64,000 nucleotides of DNA from Styela clava. Taxonomy: Eukaryota. Below, piece by piece: positions 20,580 through 34,118 of this stretch. The notes under the pieces are model-generated. The model did no database searches. It was given only the letters and a program-made list of their open reading frames with translations, and had not been told where the DNA came from. Where the stretch lies: NCBI RefSeq assembly GCF_964204865.1, contig NC_135250.1, positions 11,160,001-11,224,000 on the forward strand. Reading direction: 5' to 3'. A program made the translations under genes and the position numbers. The stretch's first letter is position 1; each line of letters begins with the position of its first letter.

Positions 20580-22438
20580 TAGTAGGGCGGGGGAAGATAG
20601 ACACACGGGGTTAGATGGACACTTTTTTTCAAATTGACCTATTGGCGACATCTTATGGGGCTTGGTTCTGCAAATGCCATTGCCGAGTTCGTTGCTAAGG
20701 AGGGAATTCGTTCTAGCCATTTCGGTTCAGCGCTTGGCGTAGTTCGTCAGTTGTGTAGCTTTCCACGTGGCTTGTGATTTTTGAAGGGTGAAAAAAGGGC
20801 ATTTAGTAAGGATACGTTTTTCTTGGAGGCACTATATGCTCATTTTCAGCGAAGGAACTCTGAATCGCGCATTTGTTGGTAAGTTTATACTTACTGACAA
20901 TGATTAAGGACTAACTGAGCGACTTGTGCCATCTAGCAGCTAACTATATCTTTCAGCATGTGATCATGTAAAATGGGGGGGGTTATGAGGGGGTAATAAA
21001 TTTCTTGCGTTTTTCGGGCTTATATTTACTTTGACCGTTCAAACCCGTTCTTTGTGAATAAGATTCCAGAAAGTCTTCTTTTTAATTTTGTTATTGCTTT
21101 TACCTGTCAAAACACTTCTTGGATAATCTCAATAATCTTATGAAATTATGGGGGGTGGCCATCTTACCCTTATGTACTATCACGTTTTTCCAGATGCAAG
21201 TTTTGGATGCACGGGAAACAGAAAATCCTAAAGAATGTTGAGAAAATACCAAAGAATATCAAACAGAGGCAAATAACAAATAGAGACTAAGATGTACCAC
21301 CTCATGAGGTTAACACCACGACAGAGGTAGAAAGTGTCACAAGTGAACCATGCTGCTCTGTGCTCTCTAACGATTTTTTCAAGTAGAACTTCACCAGGAG
21401 TTCAGTTAGTTTCTGATAAAGTCAGTGATTCTTTGGGGCAAGAAAATAGCAGAGAAATGATAGCACCAGTTTATCATTTGAATATATTTGCCTCTTCCAG
21501 TAGCCACTCAGAGAGCCAAGAGGCAAAGAAAGCCATTCAGGCAGGAATTAGAGTGTTAACAAGTGAGAAATATGTAGCCGAACTGTCAGCACTCGCAGAA
21601 ACAACGCCACCTAGCTCGTTCAGGAAAACTACAGCACTCGCAGAAACGATGTCATCTAGCTCGTCTAAGAAAGTTGCAGCTCCCAGGAAGAAAAAAGAAA
21701 ATAAACGTAAGAATGAGCGACATGAAAGATATTGTTACAGTAACCTCTGTGCTGTCTGCAACGGCAATTTTTTTGACGACGAAGAGGACGAGGGATGGAT
21801 TCAGTGCCAGAAATGCCAAAAGTGGCTTCACAATATTTGTGCCGGGATTTATAGAAAACACATTGTGTTCTTCCAATGTGATGACTGCTCTGCTTGAAGC
21901 TTTTTTGTATAAATATTTTCATTCGAATGTAAAATTCCATGACGATAGCTTTCATGCTATCCCAGATGTTCTTTTGGTGTTATGATTAAGATTTGTGTGA
22001 AAGTATGATCAAATAAAATTTGGCTGCTTTACTAGGTGGTGTTTTATCATACTTTCGTGAACAATTATATGGGTTCACAACTTCAAAAATTTAAGGGGTA
22101 AGATGGACATAGGGGGAATTTTCGAATACCCCAAAAAATTTTCCAAATACATTGCTTATTTTGATATTCTGATAAGAAACAGAACGCAATACTAGTATTT
22201 TGATGCGATTTTATCACATGTCCGTCATATCCGACCATATGTCCAACTTCCCCGAATTTTTTTTTCGTTAAAAAACGTTTCTGCTGTTGCGATGGTTGGA
22301 GACCGGCGGACGCCGCCGAGTGGCTAAAGAGTTCAGCCCCTTATGTTTGTACTTGCAAAGTTTTAGGAATATTTGAAGAAAGGTTTTCGAAATATAGATA
22401 ATTTTCAATAAGGGGGGCCATCATCCCCCGCCCTACTA
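20580..22438 (+). mobile_element. Internally deleted pogo/Tc1-mariner-like DNA transposon
   Basis: 15-bp TIR tagtagggcggggga/tcccccgccctacta, flanked by TA on both sides. Carries a transposase-C-terminus-like ORF. Confidence 0.82.
21334..21897 (+). pseudogene. Remnant C-terminus of a pogo-like transposase with Lys-rich stretch and PHD finger
   Basis: C4HC3 pattern CAVC...WIQCQKCQKWLHNICAG...CDDC, preceded by RVLTSEKYVAEL and a KKK-rich segment. Lies inside the TIRs. No DDE domain is visible. Confidence 0.7.
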
Positions 22439-24187
22439 TAGTAGTGGCGAAACGCAGAGCCGACTCAACGCCGCGCAATTCAGTTTTTTTCAGCAAGGTC
22501 CCGAAATACCAACTTAGACGGACTTGGTGGTTATTTGACGATGGCAAATGACGACTTGGCGAAGTTTTCTATAACAATTCGTAATAAAATGATTGTCACA
22601 AGAAAAGTGGCATAAGGAAAACACGGTGGAAACGTATTTACTTGACCATCACGCAGTGTCTGGTTTGATTTCAAGTAATATCTGTCACGAAAGAATATAA
22701 TTTGAAGCAACATTAAACGCGAGATGCGAAAAATACAACGGTAATTCTCGGGAATTAATTTTAAAATACCTGAGAGCTTTAAATATTTATCATATTTAAA
22801 AGAACGCCACCCATGCAACATAATAGCAGTCTGATTAGAACGGTAAACTCTCGTTGTTTATCAAATTTGAAGTAAGTAAACTCGCGATATTTCGATCACT
22901 CTTGGGTTTTCTCCGACTTGCGGCCCGCGAGACTTCGTCAAAAGTTTTTGCAGTTCTTCAACTTCGAACCACCCTATGGTAGACTACTAGTACCGGTAAA
23001 ATTTCAAACTACAGTTGTGACTTGTATCCTTTGGTATTCCGAATCGCGTTGAGACTGGAGACATGAATCTTTATTAGCCAACCTACATGCGACCGCGATC
23101 AACAGAAATCGTCAAAATAGTTCGCGATCGACTAATCGGTAATAAGGTCACACACAAAAACAAACGAGTTCGAATATGCAAATAATTGCACACATACATA
23201 CAAAAACTTCCGCCACTGTCAATAGGCTCGATTCTTTGGACTCATTCTTAATGAAATCGCCATAAAATTTTGTATTTCTTATGTCCCATTTAATTTAATA
23301 GTTTGGTTATGCCATCGCGTACACAGTACTGTATTATTCCGGTTTTAAATGCGCACAACATGCGCTGCATGAAACTGGTTCAAGACAATATTTTGAGGTA
23401 CTTATTAAATTCTCAGACGTGGCGATCGACGTGTTGGCCACCCCTGTCGTATATCATCGAACTAAAATATTACGCTAATGTAAATTGCATTGCTGGTCAC
23501 TTCATCAAAACTGAAAACAAAAGCTATTCTGAATGAGCAATACCTAATGGACGACTTCGGCGCTCCTTACGAACATCAGTACATAGACATCATTGCCCAA
23601 TGGCCAATGCCCTCCCTTTTCGCCACATATTTACATTAAGACAGGTTCGGTTAAAGACCTTTTAAATTCAGATATTCAGCAAATTAATACTGGGCGCTAT
23701 GTAACGACTCCCATCAATATGTAAAATTGCACAAAAAAAATGGAACACACAACAAGTTCCGAAGCACTGATGAACACCATTCGCTAGGTCTATTCACACA
23801 AGTGCTGACCACTGATTCTGAAGCTGATAGCAAATACCAAATGTGAATGGCCCTAATTCGATAATAAAATCGAGATCAGAGAATTTATTGATCAGAATAC
23901 ATTTAATCAATATCAATTTAGTAAAATCAATATAAACAGATTTAAACAGATGAAAAAAACTTATAATAATAATTTATACTCTCGAACTGGTTCCATAAAC
24001 TCCATCTCGTTTGAATGAATTTGCTTCAGTTTCCGTTGAGCTATTAAGAGATTTTTTGTATGAATTTTTGTTAACTACATATATTTTAGAGTGCAATAAA
24101 AATAAAACACTAATTTTTACTTCGTTATGTTTTACTACTAAGCTATTGAAAGGATGGTGTAGGGGTTTGCAGTTAATCGAAATACCC

Positions 24188-27100
24188 TCATGGACAAAAC
24201 AACTCAATAAAAAAAGGTCTCCTGATCATAATTAACATGCCACCAATGAGAAGCACCCCATAGAATATGTTTTTAACAACAATAAACTAATAGAAAATAT
24301 ATCATACCATTGTGAGGTGGAAGGAACGCTCTTAATTTGCTTTGAAGCATCTCGACAAATTTGATTCAACAGTGTCTTGACAGCTATGATTGATGCATTC
24401 TAAAAATATGTCAAATTATAGAGAATTCAAACTGCTCAAACTTTCTCCAGTGAGGTAACAAAAACCAAATAGTTTAACGTTACTTTCTACTATATCCAAG
24501 GATAGGATTTTTGCATTAAACTTAATAGAAAACAAGATGAAAAATACAGATTCAAACAATAAGGCAAACCCACGGCCTCTCATGTGGGGATCTGACAAAG
24601 AAGCTATGTAGCTTTTGGCCTAGTTTATCTCTGTCCTTCCTAGGTCATTTTGGGTTGTAAAGTAGTTGAAGTATTAGACTGAACTATGATTGCACTACAG
24701 CTAGGATTGGGTATTCTAAAATACCATTTAATTTCAGAATCCACTAGAGTAGTTTTTTCGACTCCAATCTCGAATACCACAAAAATACATAAATTATTGA
24801 AAACATAGAATCCATCACTCATCAATTCACTGAGTTGACACATATGAGTTGACATAAATTAAGAAACATGTTTCACTAACATCTCACCGGGAATACAATA
24901 TTCACAGGTCAGAATTACATTGTAAAAAATAAGTCTCCAATAATGAGGAATTCATCTCAACCATAGGTGGACAAAATGGCGACATGATATAATTTCTTCC
25001 ATATCAGTGGCTTATTGTGTGCAGTACCATGTTTGAAGCAAAAAGCTTATAAATACATCACATAAATAAATATCAGTTCACTATAACACAACATCATAGT
25101 ACACAAATGGACATTATGGACTTTCCAAATAGACTGCAACTAGAGTCGAAATATGTTTACTTATTCAATAGCAATCATAGTATCTACCTCTGGTTCTGTT
25201 GGATTGAACTTTGTTACTTGATCGAAGAAAGGATGATGAATTGAAACATGCAGTGAAGCACATTTATCTTCATCACAAAGGAATTGTACCAACTGTAAAA
25301 AAGATATTGACATTCAAAGAAACATGTATAGCGCTTCCTGCACTAGTAAGTAAAACTACAATAGGATAGAATAAGATTTTTCAAATTTATCACAAAGGAG
25401 TGAAAAGTCAATGAGACAGCTTAATCATATGGCGAACCACGACCGCCCGTCCAGTCACCAGGCCGTGTTGGGTATTAGATTATTTAACCAGTTATTTGTT
25501 TCAGATGCATGGACTTGATGGAGGAAGGCGTTACCAACCAGTGGGTACGCGAAACACCCTTCAATTGAGAGTGCAGCAACCCTCTCACATGTAATTATAC
25601 CCCACATTAGTCGAACCTGCGAACCCACTCTGAGTAACCAGAGGTGGGATAGCGAGCATATTCCTAACGCTTATATAAAATGATCATATACTATAATATC
25701 TATCCAATATTGAATATCTAATTTTTTTTAAATATGTCATTCCATGGTTAGTAAGGGAACAACGAAAATGACAATTTTTAAGAACTAACCTGCACTATTT
25801 CAGGTCTACACTTTGTTTTCAAATGTTCAAAATGAATATCTTTCAGTTTCTCTTTCTGCTTTGTTTTCGTCTGTTTCTTTGAGGGATCAAGTTGAGCATT
25901 TGATGCATAATTCACAGGAAATCCAGTAGCCATCTCAAATACAATTTGGCCTACATCGAAATTAAATTTTCAGAGACATTTAGAAATTTCATGAACAAAG
26001 AGATAAATTATACATAGACATTCGATATCGTGGATGTTTATGGTAGTACGAAAATATCTTTTCTTTGGCTTGGCGGTGTGGTATTTTGTGCTAAGCGTTA
26101 GGAATACACTCGCCATCCCACCTCTGATTAGGCCCGAATCATGTGGGAATAATTATGTAAGAATAAATTGCTGACTCCTCGCCGCTGTAGGGTGGTTCAC
26201 GTAACAGCTGGTAAGTTATGGCTTTCGCAACTAGCAAGTCCATGCATCTGAAAACAAATACCGGTAACTGGCTAACTAATCCCATACCCAGCATGGACTG
26301 ATATCAGGACGAAAGGCCGTGGTTCGCCAAATAATTAGGCAGTCTTATCCTCCCTCATGGGATAAATATGCATATCCTATCCTAATTTGAGCAGTATAAT
26401 GATTTATTCGAAGTTTTGTCGTCGAGTTAATCACAACACTGAACTTAGTTACCAATGCTTCATCTTACCAACTGCATTGAGTGTTGCCCGATCATCATTC
26501 GATTCCTGAATGTACTTCGTTCTCATTTGTACAAGTTCGATTTCATAGCCAGATAATTTACAAACTCCTTGATCGATAAATACATTCCGAGCATGTAACC
26601 AATGATGAGTCTAGTTAAAACAAGACCTATCATCAGAATTTATTGTATTCAATCAAGGATTGCCAAAATTAACCACATTTTGAAATAGTATTGGTAAATA
26701 TGGAGTATCGAAAATATTTTAAATTGGGCCATTTTCAAAAAAGAACAAATACAAGGTGACCCAATGAAGGGAACTCATAAATACCAATCACTTTTTATTT
26801 AATTTTCATCATTCAATAAATAAAGAACGTTAGGTCATACTGTCAAACTGTTCAAATTGATAATTCCTCTCCCAAAACATTCTAGTTTATTTATAAAATC
26901 AATAATTTGAAATACAGAATATATTTAATTTCGAATCAATGTGATAATTTTATTAGTATTTCAACATCCCTAACAAAAAAAGACAGTGTAAACATACCAC
27001 CTTTTTCATTGGGAAACGAAGTTTATCCAAAAATATTAATCCGAGTAATATTTGCTTCGTATAAACGCATATCTTCTCCAGTGAAAAAGGTTTTCCAAAA

Positions 27101-30100
27101 TCCAATTTTTTGGGGTTCACTGTCTTTGTTAAGTGATGAAATGGTTTCTGTAAATGAACGAAATAAAATACAGTAAATAAAATTTAGCAAAATACGATGA
27201 ATGACAATTGACATTTTCACACACTTGCAAATCATTGTTGAAAACAATTATGGTCATTTTGAGTTGAACACAGCAACGTTAATTTGTGAGGGGTGAGATT
27301 TTTTGAGGGAAAGGGCGAATGTTGTATTTCAAAAAAAAAAATATATTAAAAATATTATAAAAAAAATTATGCTTATTCAAAGCTGGTATCTAATCATAGT
27401 TGGAAGCAATATTCGTTAAAGTATTTCACTAAAAACTTACAGGTGTTTAAAAATAAAAAATTTACGTTTTCCTCCTTTCTTGAAACACCATGAGCAAAAG
27501 AACTCGAATTTATATCTAACTTTAAACATTTATAAAAAGTTTATATTCCATATAACAACAGTTAATTTTTGGTTCAGATGTCTGAAGTATATAAGTTGAT
27601 AATCAATAAAATGATTTAAACTGAAGTGAGTAGATATACCCGAAATCCACATTGATTATTATTGCCTATTAATCATCGATATTTTGAGAGTAAAATATGA
27701 TAATACATTAGATACATAGTCCAAGCTGGCTGCTAGTGGGTATCATTTCACAATCATTGATGAGATCACTGATACAATCACCCATGAGCAAACAGTAACA
27801 ACATCCAGACCCATTCAGGAAATGATATTTTTGATTAGTATGGCACAATGTACGTAATTGAAACTGAGAAATTTTAGAATTGCTTTTTATGACTGATTGA
27901 AGAATTCAGATAAAATTGTCATTGTATTACTATATTCAAAAAATTTTATTCTTTCATTTGTATATTCCTGGATAATGTAGCCTAAAACTAATTAGACACT
28001 TATGACAATGATTTTCATTTTAAAAGTGTAAATTTTGCATTAAAAATTAAATTGTTTGAAAAGTCATTTATTGAATAGTAATACTCATTTGGTAGATTCA
28101 ATTATAATCCATACAATTTCTGTCAATTTGATTATTGAATTTGATTCATTTTGATTGCAAATCATGATGGAATTGGAATTGCTAACTGATTCATTTTGTC
28201 CTTTCTGACGTACCATACCAAGCATCTGATCATGCATAGAACCACGGGACTTGTATTCATTGAGTACAAGTAATGTTTCCCTGTCTGTCTGGTAGTTCAG
28301 ATCAAAAACAGGTAACAGAAAAGGACACGACTCATCTTTAATGCTGTGAAAATAGGTTATACCATTTGCTGGGTGATATGATAATTAGAGATTAATTAAC
28401 AAGACAAGAGTTGATAACGTGATGACCTTTGTTGCGCATGTGAGAAAAATGCTTGCATCTTGTTGGAGATAATAAAAAGTTCGTCAAATTATTTGAAAGA
28501 ACTACACTCGCAAGGGGAAGGGCTTCATGACCGAAACAAGTCTAAATATCTAGAGAAATGGCAATAACTATACCTTGTAAATTTACTAACTCGCTTAGAC
28601 AAGAATAAATCGCTTTCCATAAAGAGCAATAGTTGTAAGCTTTAGTTACGATTATAAAATTCTAATTTATCACTACCATGCTATGCCATTCAAGCATCTC
28701 CGTAGGATAGGTATTCGAAGTAGGAAGAACTAGTACTCAATATACAATATCTTAATATCTGCAGTTAGGTAGAATTGGAAACATTTCAAAAAAGTTTGTA
28801 ATTTCATTTATAGTAAATAAAACCTCATGTGAGGTTTCAAGCAGCAAATTAACCAAAAGAAAGCTCAGAAATGGGAAAATCCACTTCCGTTTATATTAGA
28901 AAATTTGGACATAAACCTTGCATTGACAGTATGTTAACAACAGCTCAGAATATGGGTAAACAGAGTACGCAGATAAACCCTTATTGGTCAAGCAGACATT
29001 TGAAATAAAACTGGTCGGTCACCGTCGCAGCGTAATCTTATAATTGGCGCATCATTGTTTAATAAGAAAAGTGGGAAATTTTTATGAAATAATGGTAATA
29101 GCATCATAATGATAGTTTTGTATTTAATTAGTTTAAACTTACGTTAGCAAAATATCAAGCATGCTTTCCAGTACATTTTCCCAATTGCCTTTAGTAAAAT
29201 TGGATAACTTTGGTCGACAAGATATTTTCAATATGCATTTCCCTCTAGCTGAAAACATGAAAATCACAATTAAAATAAAATATTTAAAAAAAATAGCCGA
29301 GCAGCAAGAGTCAAATAAATCCAATTCTAGAAAGCAGAGGCATATTAGAAAAAGCATCTCAAAGATTGTAAGAATCCAGTTTACTAGTCAGTACAGGTAC
29401 AAAAAAAATTTTCATTAAGCTATCAGAGCTAAATTTCATCATTTCACTGAATATCATATTCATGACAAATGCAAGTATGGTTGAATTGGGTAGTATTGCC
29501 ACTGTCAGGTGACTGATACACAAAATGTCAAGCAAGGAACAAAAGGAAAAAAGAAGCTTACAATAAAATTCATGTTTGCACGGTTTTGGAATATTTTTTT
29601 AGTAAATATATTAAAATAGGACTAACATCTTGTCAAAATTCCTCCACTTTCTCGTTTTGCTCTTTCTGTATCTCGTAACGCAAACCAGTAAGTACTTGAA
29701 CGGCTATCTGTGAATAAAAACAAAATAATTATTCGTAGTATCGTACCATTATGAATCAACAAAATTTTAAAGTGATAATTTTATACAAAATAGGATGGGA
29801 TTTTTACATATTTATCCCGGGGGAAAGGACAACCGATGAGACGGCTTAACCATATGGCGAACCACAGCCTCTCGTCCGGTTACCATTCCATGTCGGGTAT
29901 GGGATTAGTTAGTTACTTGTTTTCGAATGGAGGAAGCCGTAACCGACCAGTGGTCAAGCAATCTCTCGCATATAACCATCCTTGCATGGGATTCAAACCT
30001 GCTAATCAGAGGTGCGGTGGCGAGCGTATTCCTAACACTTAGCACGATGAGCCACACCACCGCCTACTGATTTCTTCACATACAATACATAATTTGTAAT

Positions 30101-33100
30101 ACAATAGGAGAAATATTTACAAAAATCGTCAAGATATTTTGTGAGTGATAATGTTTCTCAACCCAAATATAAGTGTGTGACTCAACAAGTATAAGTATAA
30201 AAAAACACAAAGTGACTGAAGCTTAATAACATACATCTGCTCAAATACTGCAAACACAATTTTTTTAAAATAAAATTGGTGCATTCACCAACATTTACAT
30301 TCAAAATGAAATAGCAGAACGTTTAAGGTAGGGGTGGGCAACCTTTTTCGGCTCGCGTGCCAAAATCGGCTACACGTGCCGACCAAAATTGAAAACAATG
30401 CTTTTCAACTTTCAAAGAAAAAATATACAATATTAAACCTTTTAAACATGTAGAGACAGATTCACTATTCTGGGAAAGTTTCGCCCAACAAATAGATTTG
30501 ATTATTTTCTTATTCTATATCAGTAAGACTTCTGCTGCTGTATTAGCCTGATAGTTACATTGGGTTTATATTTAGTAAGGAAATACATGAATTACTGGTT
30601 TCATCTTTCAGGCCACTCCTGTTATACTAGACTTGATGAATTTCATAACTGAGAACAGAGGTACACAAACAATATGTAAATGAAAACATGGAGAGTAATG
30701 CAGTTGCAAAGTTTTTAAGACACGCACACCAAATTTTCAGCAATGGCATCCCAATTACGCAATAGTTCGTTTTCTGCACTTCTCTCTTGTATTCCCTTCC
30801 CTAATCGCTTATATTTCTTTCAAAATCAATTTATAGCAGTAAGTTAGCAAGTACCGGTAACTCTAACCAACATGAGCTATACAACTTATTAAATCAAGCA
30901 GAAATGAGGAATAGGGTGGCACAGACGAACTATATTGCGCAATGTAGCCAAATAAATGCAGTACTCTTCTCGACAAAATTTATCGTGAGCTCACTCATTT
31001 GTTATTTCATAATATATTTCTTTGTAGCCATATGCTACTAAGGACTACTAAATAAATAACGAATTGTTAACAAACGATAATAAATAAACGAACGCCTAGT
31101 TTCATCAGATAATTCAGAGTCTTGAACTTTTTATCTAAGGGAGAATGATCTCGTTTCCGGGGCCTCCTCACTCGCGTGCCGAATAAATGGGCTCGCATGC
31201 CAAAGCCAGGGGTTGCCCACCCCTGGTTTGAGGTATTCAACAAACAGAGATGGAGTCCATGCCACTGGAACTTATTGTTTGTTCTATAGTCATTGTGATC
31301 AATTATGCTGAAAAGTTTATAGAATACAATTTTTTTGGTAAAATCAATCAAATTGGTTGAAAGTTAGGTAATTCTGATTGCATTCACTTTGTACTGAAAA
31401 GTAATTTTAAATATTAATATTATTTACTCTTAAGATAGAAATATCACCAAATCAAATTACCTATTTGTTTGTAAGATTGTATAAACTCTAATTTACTCAA
31501 ATGTCGCAAGTAATATTGACAGCTCATCAATGCATGATCATATCCTGTTAAAATAAGGTTGTATGAATAAATTTCTGTTTGCAGTTGAAATATTTAAAAT
31601 CAATGTATAATTAAATATAAGAAAACGATTGATCTTTCAATGTCTAACGTCAGAAAAAATCAAATATTGAATGCATATATAGGAAAATAAGAACTAAGTA
31701 ATAATTAGGAAAGGCAATATTAGTTTTAAAAGTCACCTAGATTTTGATTACAAAACATTTACTCAGGTTGTTTGGAACATATTCAGAAAAAACATAACTT
31801 CTGTGCAAAGCATCATAGATTACTGGAACTTTTGGGTACAATCAACGCAAACAGATGTTCAGGTGATCAATCAATTTTCTGCATTTCTGTACAAATAATC
31901 AAGAAATCAATAGATTTCATATTTTTTTTCCGGGTCACCCTGTACGTATTGTCACAATTCACACGAAAGCAAACGACATATCAATAAATTGTTCAAAAAT
32001 GGAAACAAAACTTTATTCAAATTTCTGTCAGATAATAAATCACCTTGATGGGAAGTGGAAAAGTCGGTTCCTTGTTGATGCAACAGCAACGAATTTTCAT
32101 CAAGTATTAATGTGTATTCAGATTTTTTTCTGAAATGAAAAAAAAACAAAGAGTAGAAACAGTGGATGAAGATTTGATAATGAATAACTCTCATGTTTAA
32201 CTAATTTTGATCACTTGATTTAATTGTTCCATTTAGCAGCTTATAATATGTGTCAAGTAGTAATGACCTTATTTTGGAATATAAATAAGTAAGGTGTGAC
32301 ATTGTTAGCATGAGCACTATCTGGTTATTTTCAAACACTTATCCATACATATGCCATTGGTAGCTTCCACTGCTTGGTCATAGTTAGGTTTGGTTCAGCA
32401 TTTTCTAACCAATTCATTACCCCTGGGTAAGGGATTTGAACCAGAGATTTTAACAAACCACAAGGATTTACAAGTCTCAATGATGAAACCTATAAATTTT
32501 CATATGCTTTTTACACAATATGCTAGTTTGTGCATTTGGAAAAATGCAGCCGAACACCAACAAGATATACCTTAGTTCTCCTCAAGTATAAAAATGTATG
32601 GTTGATAATCGAATAGAAATAGTGTCTAAAAATAGTATATACCTTTTAGGTGCGGCAAGCATGACTGCATTAATTAGTACTATCTACTTCAATTGATTAA
32701 TTAATGCATAGTATTATCCCTGCGTTATTATTGAATATTGATTGACCTGAAGCAAGCTGTATTATACCTATAAATATGAGAACTCACCTGAACATGCATA
32801 AAATCACTATATATAGAAGTTGAAATAAAACAAGGGCTGAGATTCCTATAAACACCTAAAATAAAATATTTTTTTGATTCTGTTAAGACTAATTTCAGGC
32901 AATTACCAGAAAAGAGTTAAAAAAATTTTACCAGACTAAATCTGAGATGTTAAAATCGATGTTATTAAAAACAACCGAAGATATATCAGGAATGTTTGAT
33001 AGCAAATTCCATGGAGCCCACTAATGAATATACTGTGTGCAAATCCCAAAGTACCAAATAAAGCTGCCATGCAAGCTTGTAGAAAACACTAATTTCATTC

Positions 33101-33175
33101 TTATGAAAGAATGTTGACACAAAAAATTAGCATTTACCTACTTACCCAAGAGTTTTGCCTTACTATGTCCCACAT
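24188..33175 (-). CDS. Slowpoke-binding protein (Slob)/PXK-like pseudokinase with N-terminal transmembrane helix (~422 aa)
   Basis: Thirteen phase-consistent exons: 33175-33146, 32855-32788, 32129-32044, 31544-31461, 29707-29627, 29248-29143, 28343-28214, 27147-26998, 26610-26469, 25950-25790, 25292-25188, 24399-24308, 24221-24188. Motifs CQYYLR, CPFLLPVFDL, SRGSMHD, KQILLGLIFL, WLHARNVFIDQGVCKLSGYE, GQIVFEMATG and HPFF. The last exon is least certain. Confidence 0.75.
25365..25672 (-). mobile_element. tRNA-derived SINE copy (degenerate)
   Basis: Reverse complement aligns along the length of the 53466 copy (atatggcgaaccac, gcatggacttg, cgaacctgcgaaccca, ttcctaacgctta). Confidence 0.85.
26068..26384 (+). 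mobile_element. tRNA-derived SINE copy
   Basis: ggcggtgtgg...gctaagcgttaggaatacactcgcca...gggataaatatgcatatcctatccta. Confidence 0.85.
29790..30063 (-). mobile_element. tRNA-derived SINE copy with internal deletions
   Basis: ataggatggga...tttatcccggggg...catatggcgaacca...gaggtgcggtggcgagcgtattcctaac...gagccacacc. Confidence 0.88.
30329..31225. mobile_element. Non-autonomous hAT element, inverted copy of the 10024-11069 family
   Basis: TIR (t)aggggtgggcaacc/ggttgcccacccctg, TSD gtttaagg/gtttgagg, and internal sequence collinear with the 10024 copy. Confidence 0.9.
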
Positions 33176-33877
33176 AAATTTGCTTTGTAGTAAAATGCAA
33201 TATGCTTTTCCGAATAGATAGAAACATCAAAGAAATGAAGAGGCATAATATAATGTTAGAAATAAAATAATTAAAACATAAAAAGAATTTCGTTACAATA
33301 CATCAAACAAGGTTTATAAATTAATCACATTTCACCGTTTTCTGTTGAAAAATCGTTCACACAAAACAAGAAAAAGAGAGCGCAATACCAATAGTAAGAT
33401 TATTCAAATGAAATACAAAACCCCAAAGTTTTTTGAAAAGATTTGCATTACAAATATTGTAATAAACATAAAATGCATAAAACACCGAAAGGATGGGAAA
33501 TATGATCAAAAGTATTCTGTTTGAACAGAGCTAACATGAGATGTAAGGTTTTGCATTGAGCTACTTCACGCTTTTCAATTGACTATATATAATAAACATC
33601 CTCTATTGGAACATTATATATCAGTGAATGCAACTCCTGAAGAAAATAAATTTGAAGCAGAATTTTTTTAAAGCAAAATATTTATTAACCTTTTTATTAG
33701 GCCTTTTTATTTTATTTTATTACAATTCAGAAGAATTTACTATAGGCTACTAGAGTCAAATCCTAATCTTTCTCTATCAACTAACCTTTAGTAATCCGTA
33801 ACAATGTGCGATAAACAACTTGCTCTCAATAATAAATGAGTTGCGTATATACAATATGAATATTGTTGCGAAAGTGT

Positions 33878-34085
33878 GAGCTGGATCGCACTGTGTGGGT
33901 TCGCAGGTTCGAATCTTGTGGAAAAAATTATATGCGAAAGGATAGCTGGACTCGTCGCCTTTCATGGGGGCATCAAAAACAAGTAACTGGTTAACGCAGT
34001 TATTGTCATACCCGGTGTGGATTGATTACCGAACAAGATACCGTGGTTTGATTGACTATCCTCTCCCATGGAATAAAAATCCTGA
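33878..34085 (+). mobile_element. Truncated tRNA-derived SINE between DDA1 and the Slob-like gene
   Basis: gtgggttcgcaggttcgaatc (B-box region), ctggactcgtcgcc and aaaacaagtaactgg. Confidence 0.75.
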
Positions 34086-34118
34086 ATTCACAATAACTTT
34101 CATAACATATTTCGATAA

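Noticed and set aside
18550-24188. NOC4L as a sixth operon member
   Set aside because: It is co-oriented but ~5.6 kb away, and the CpG- and footprint-rich sequence near 22900-23150 suggests a separate promoter. This cannot be settled from sequence alone.
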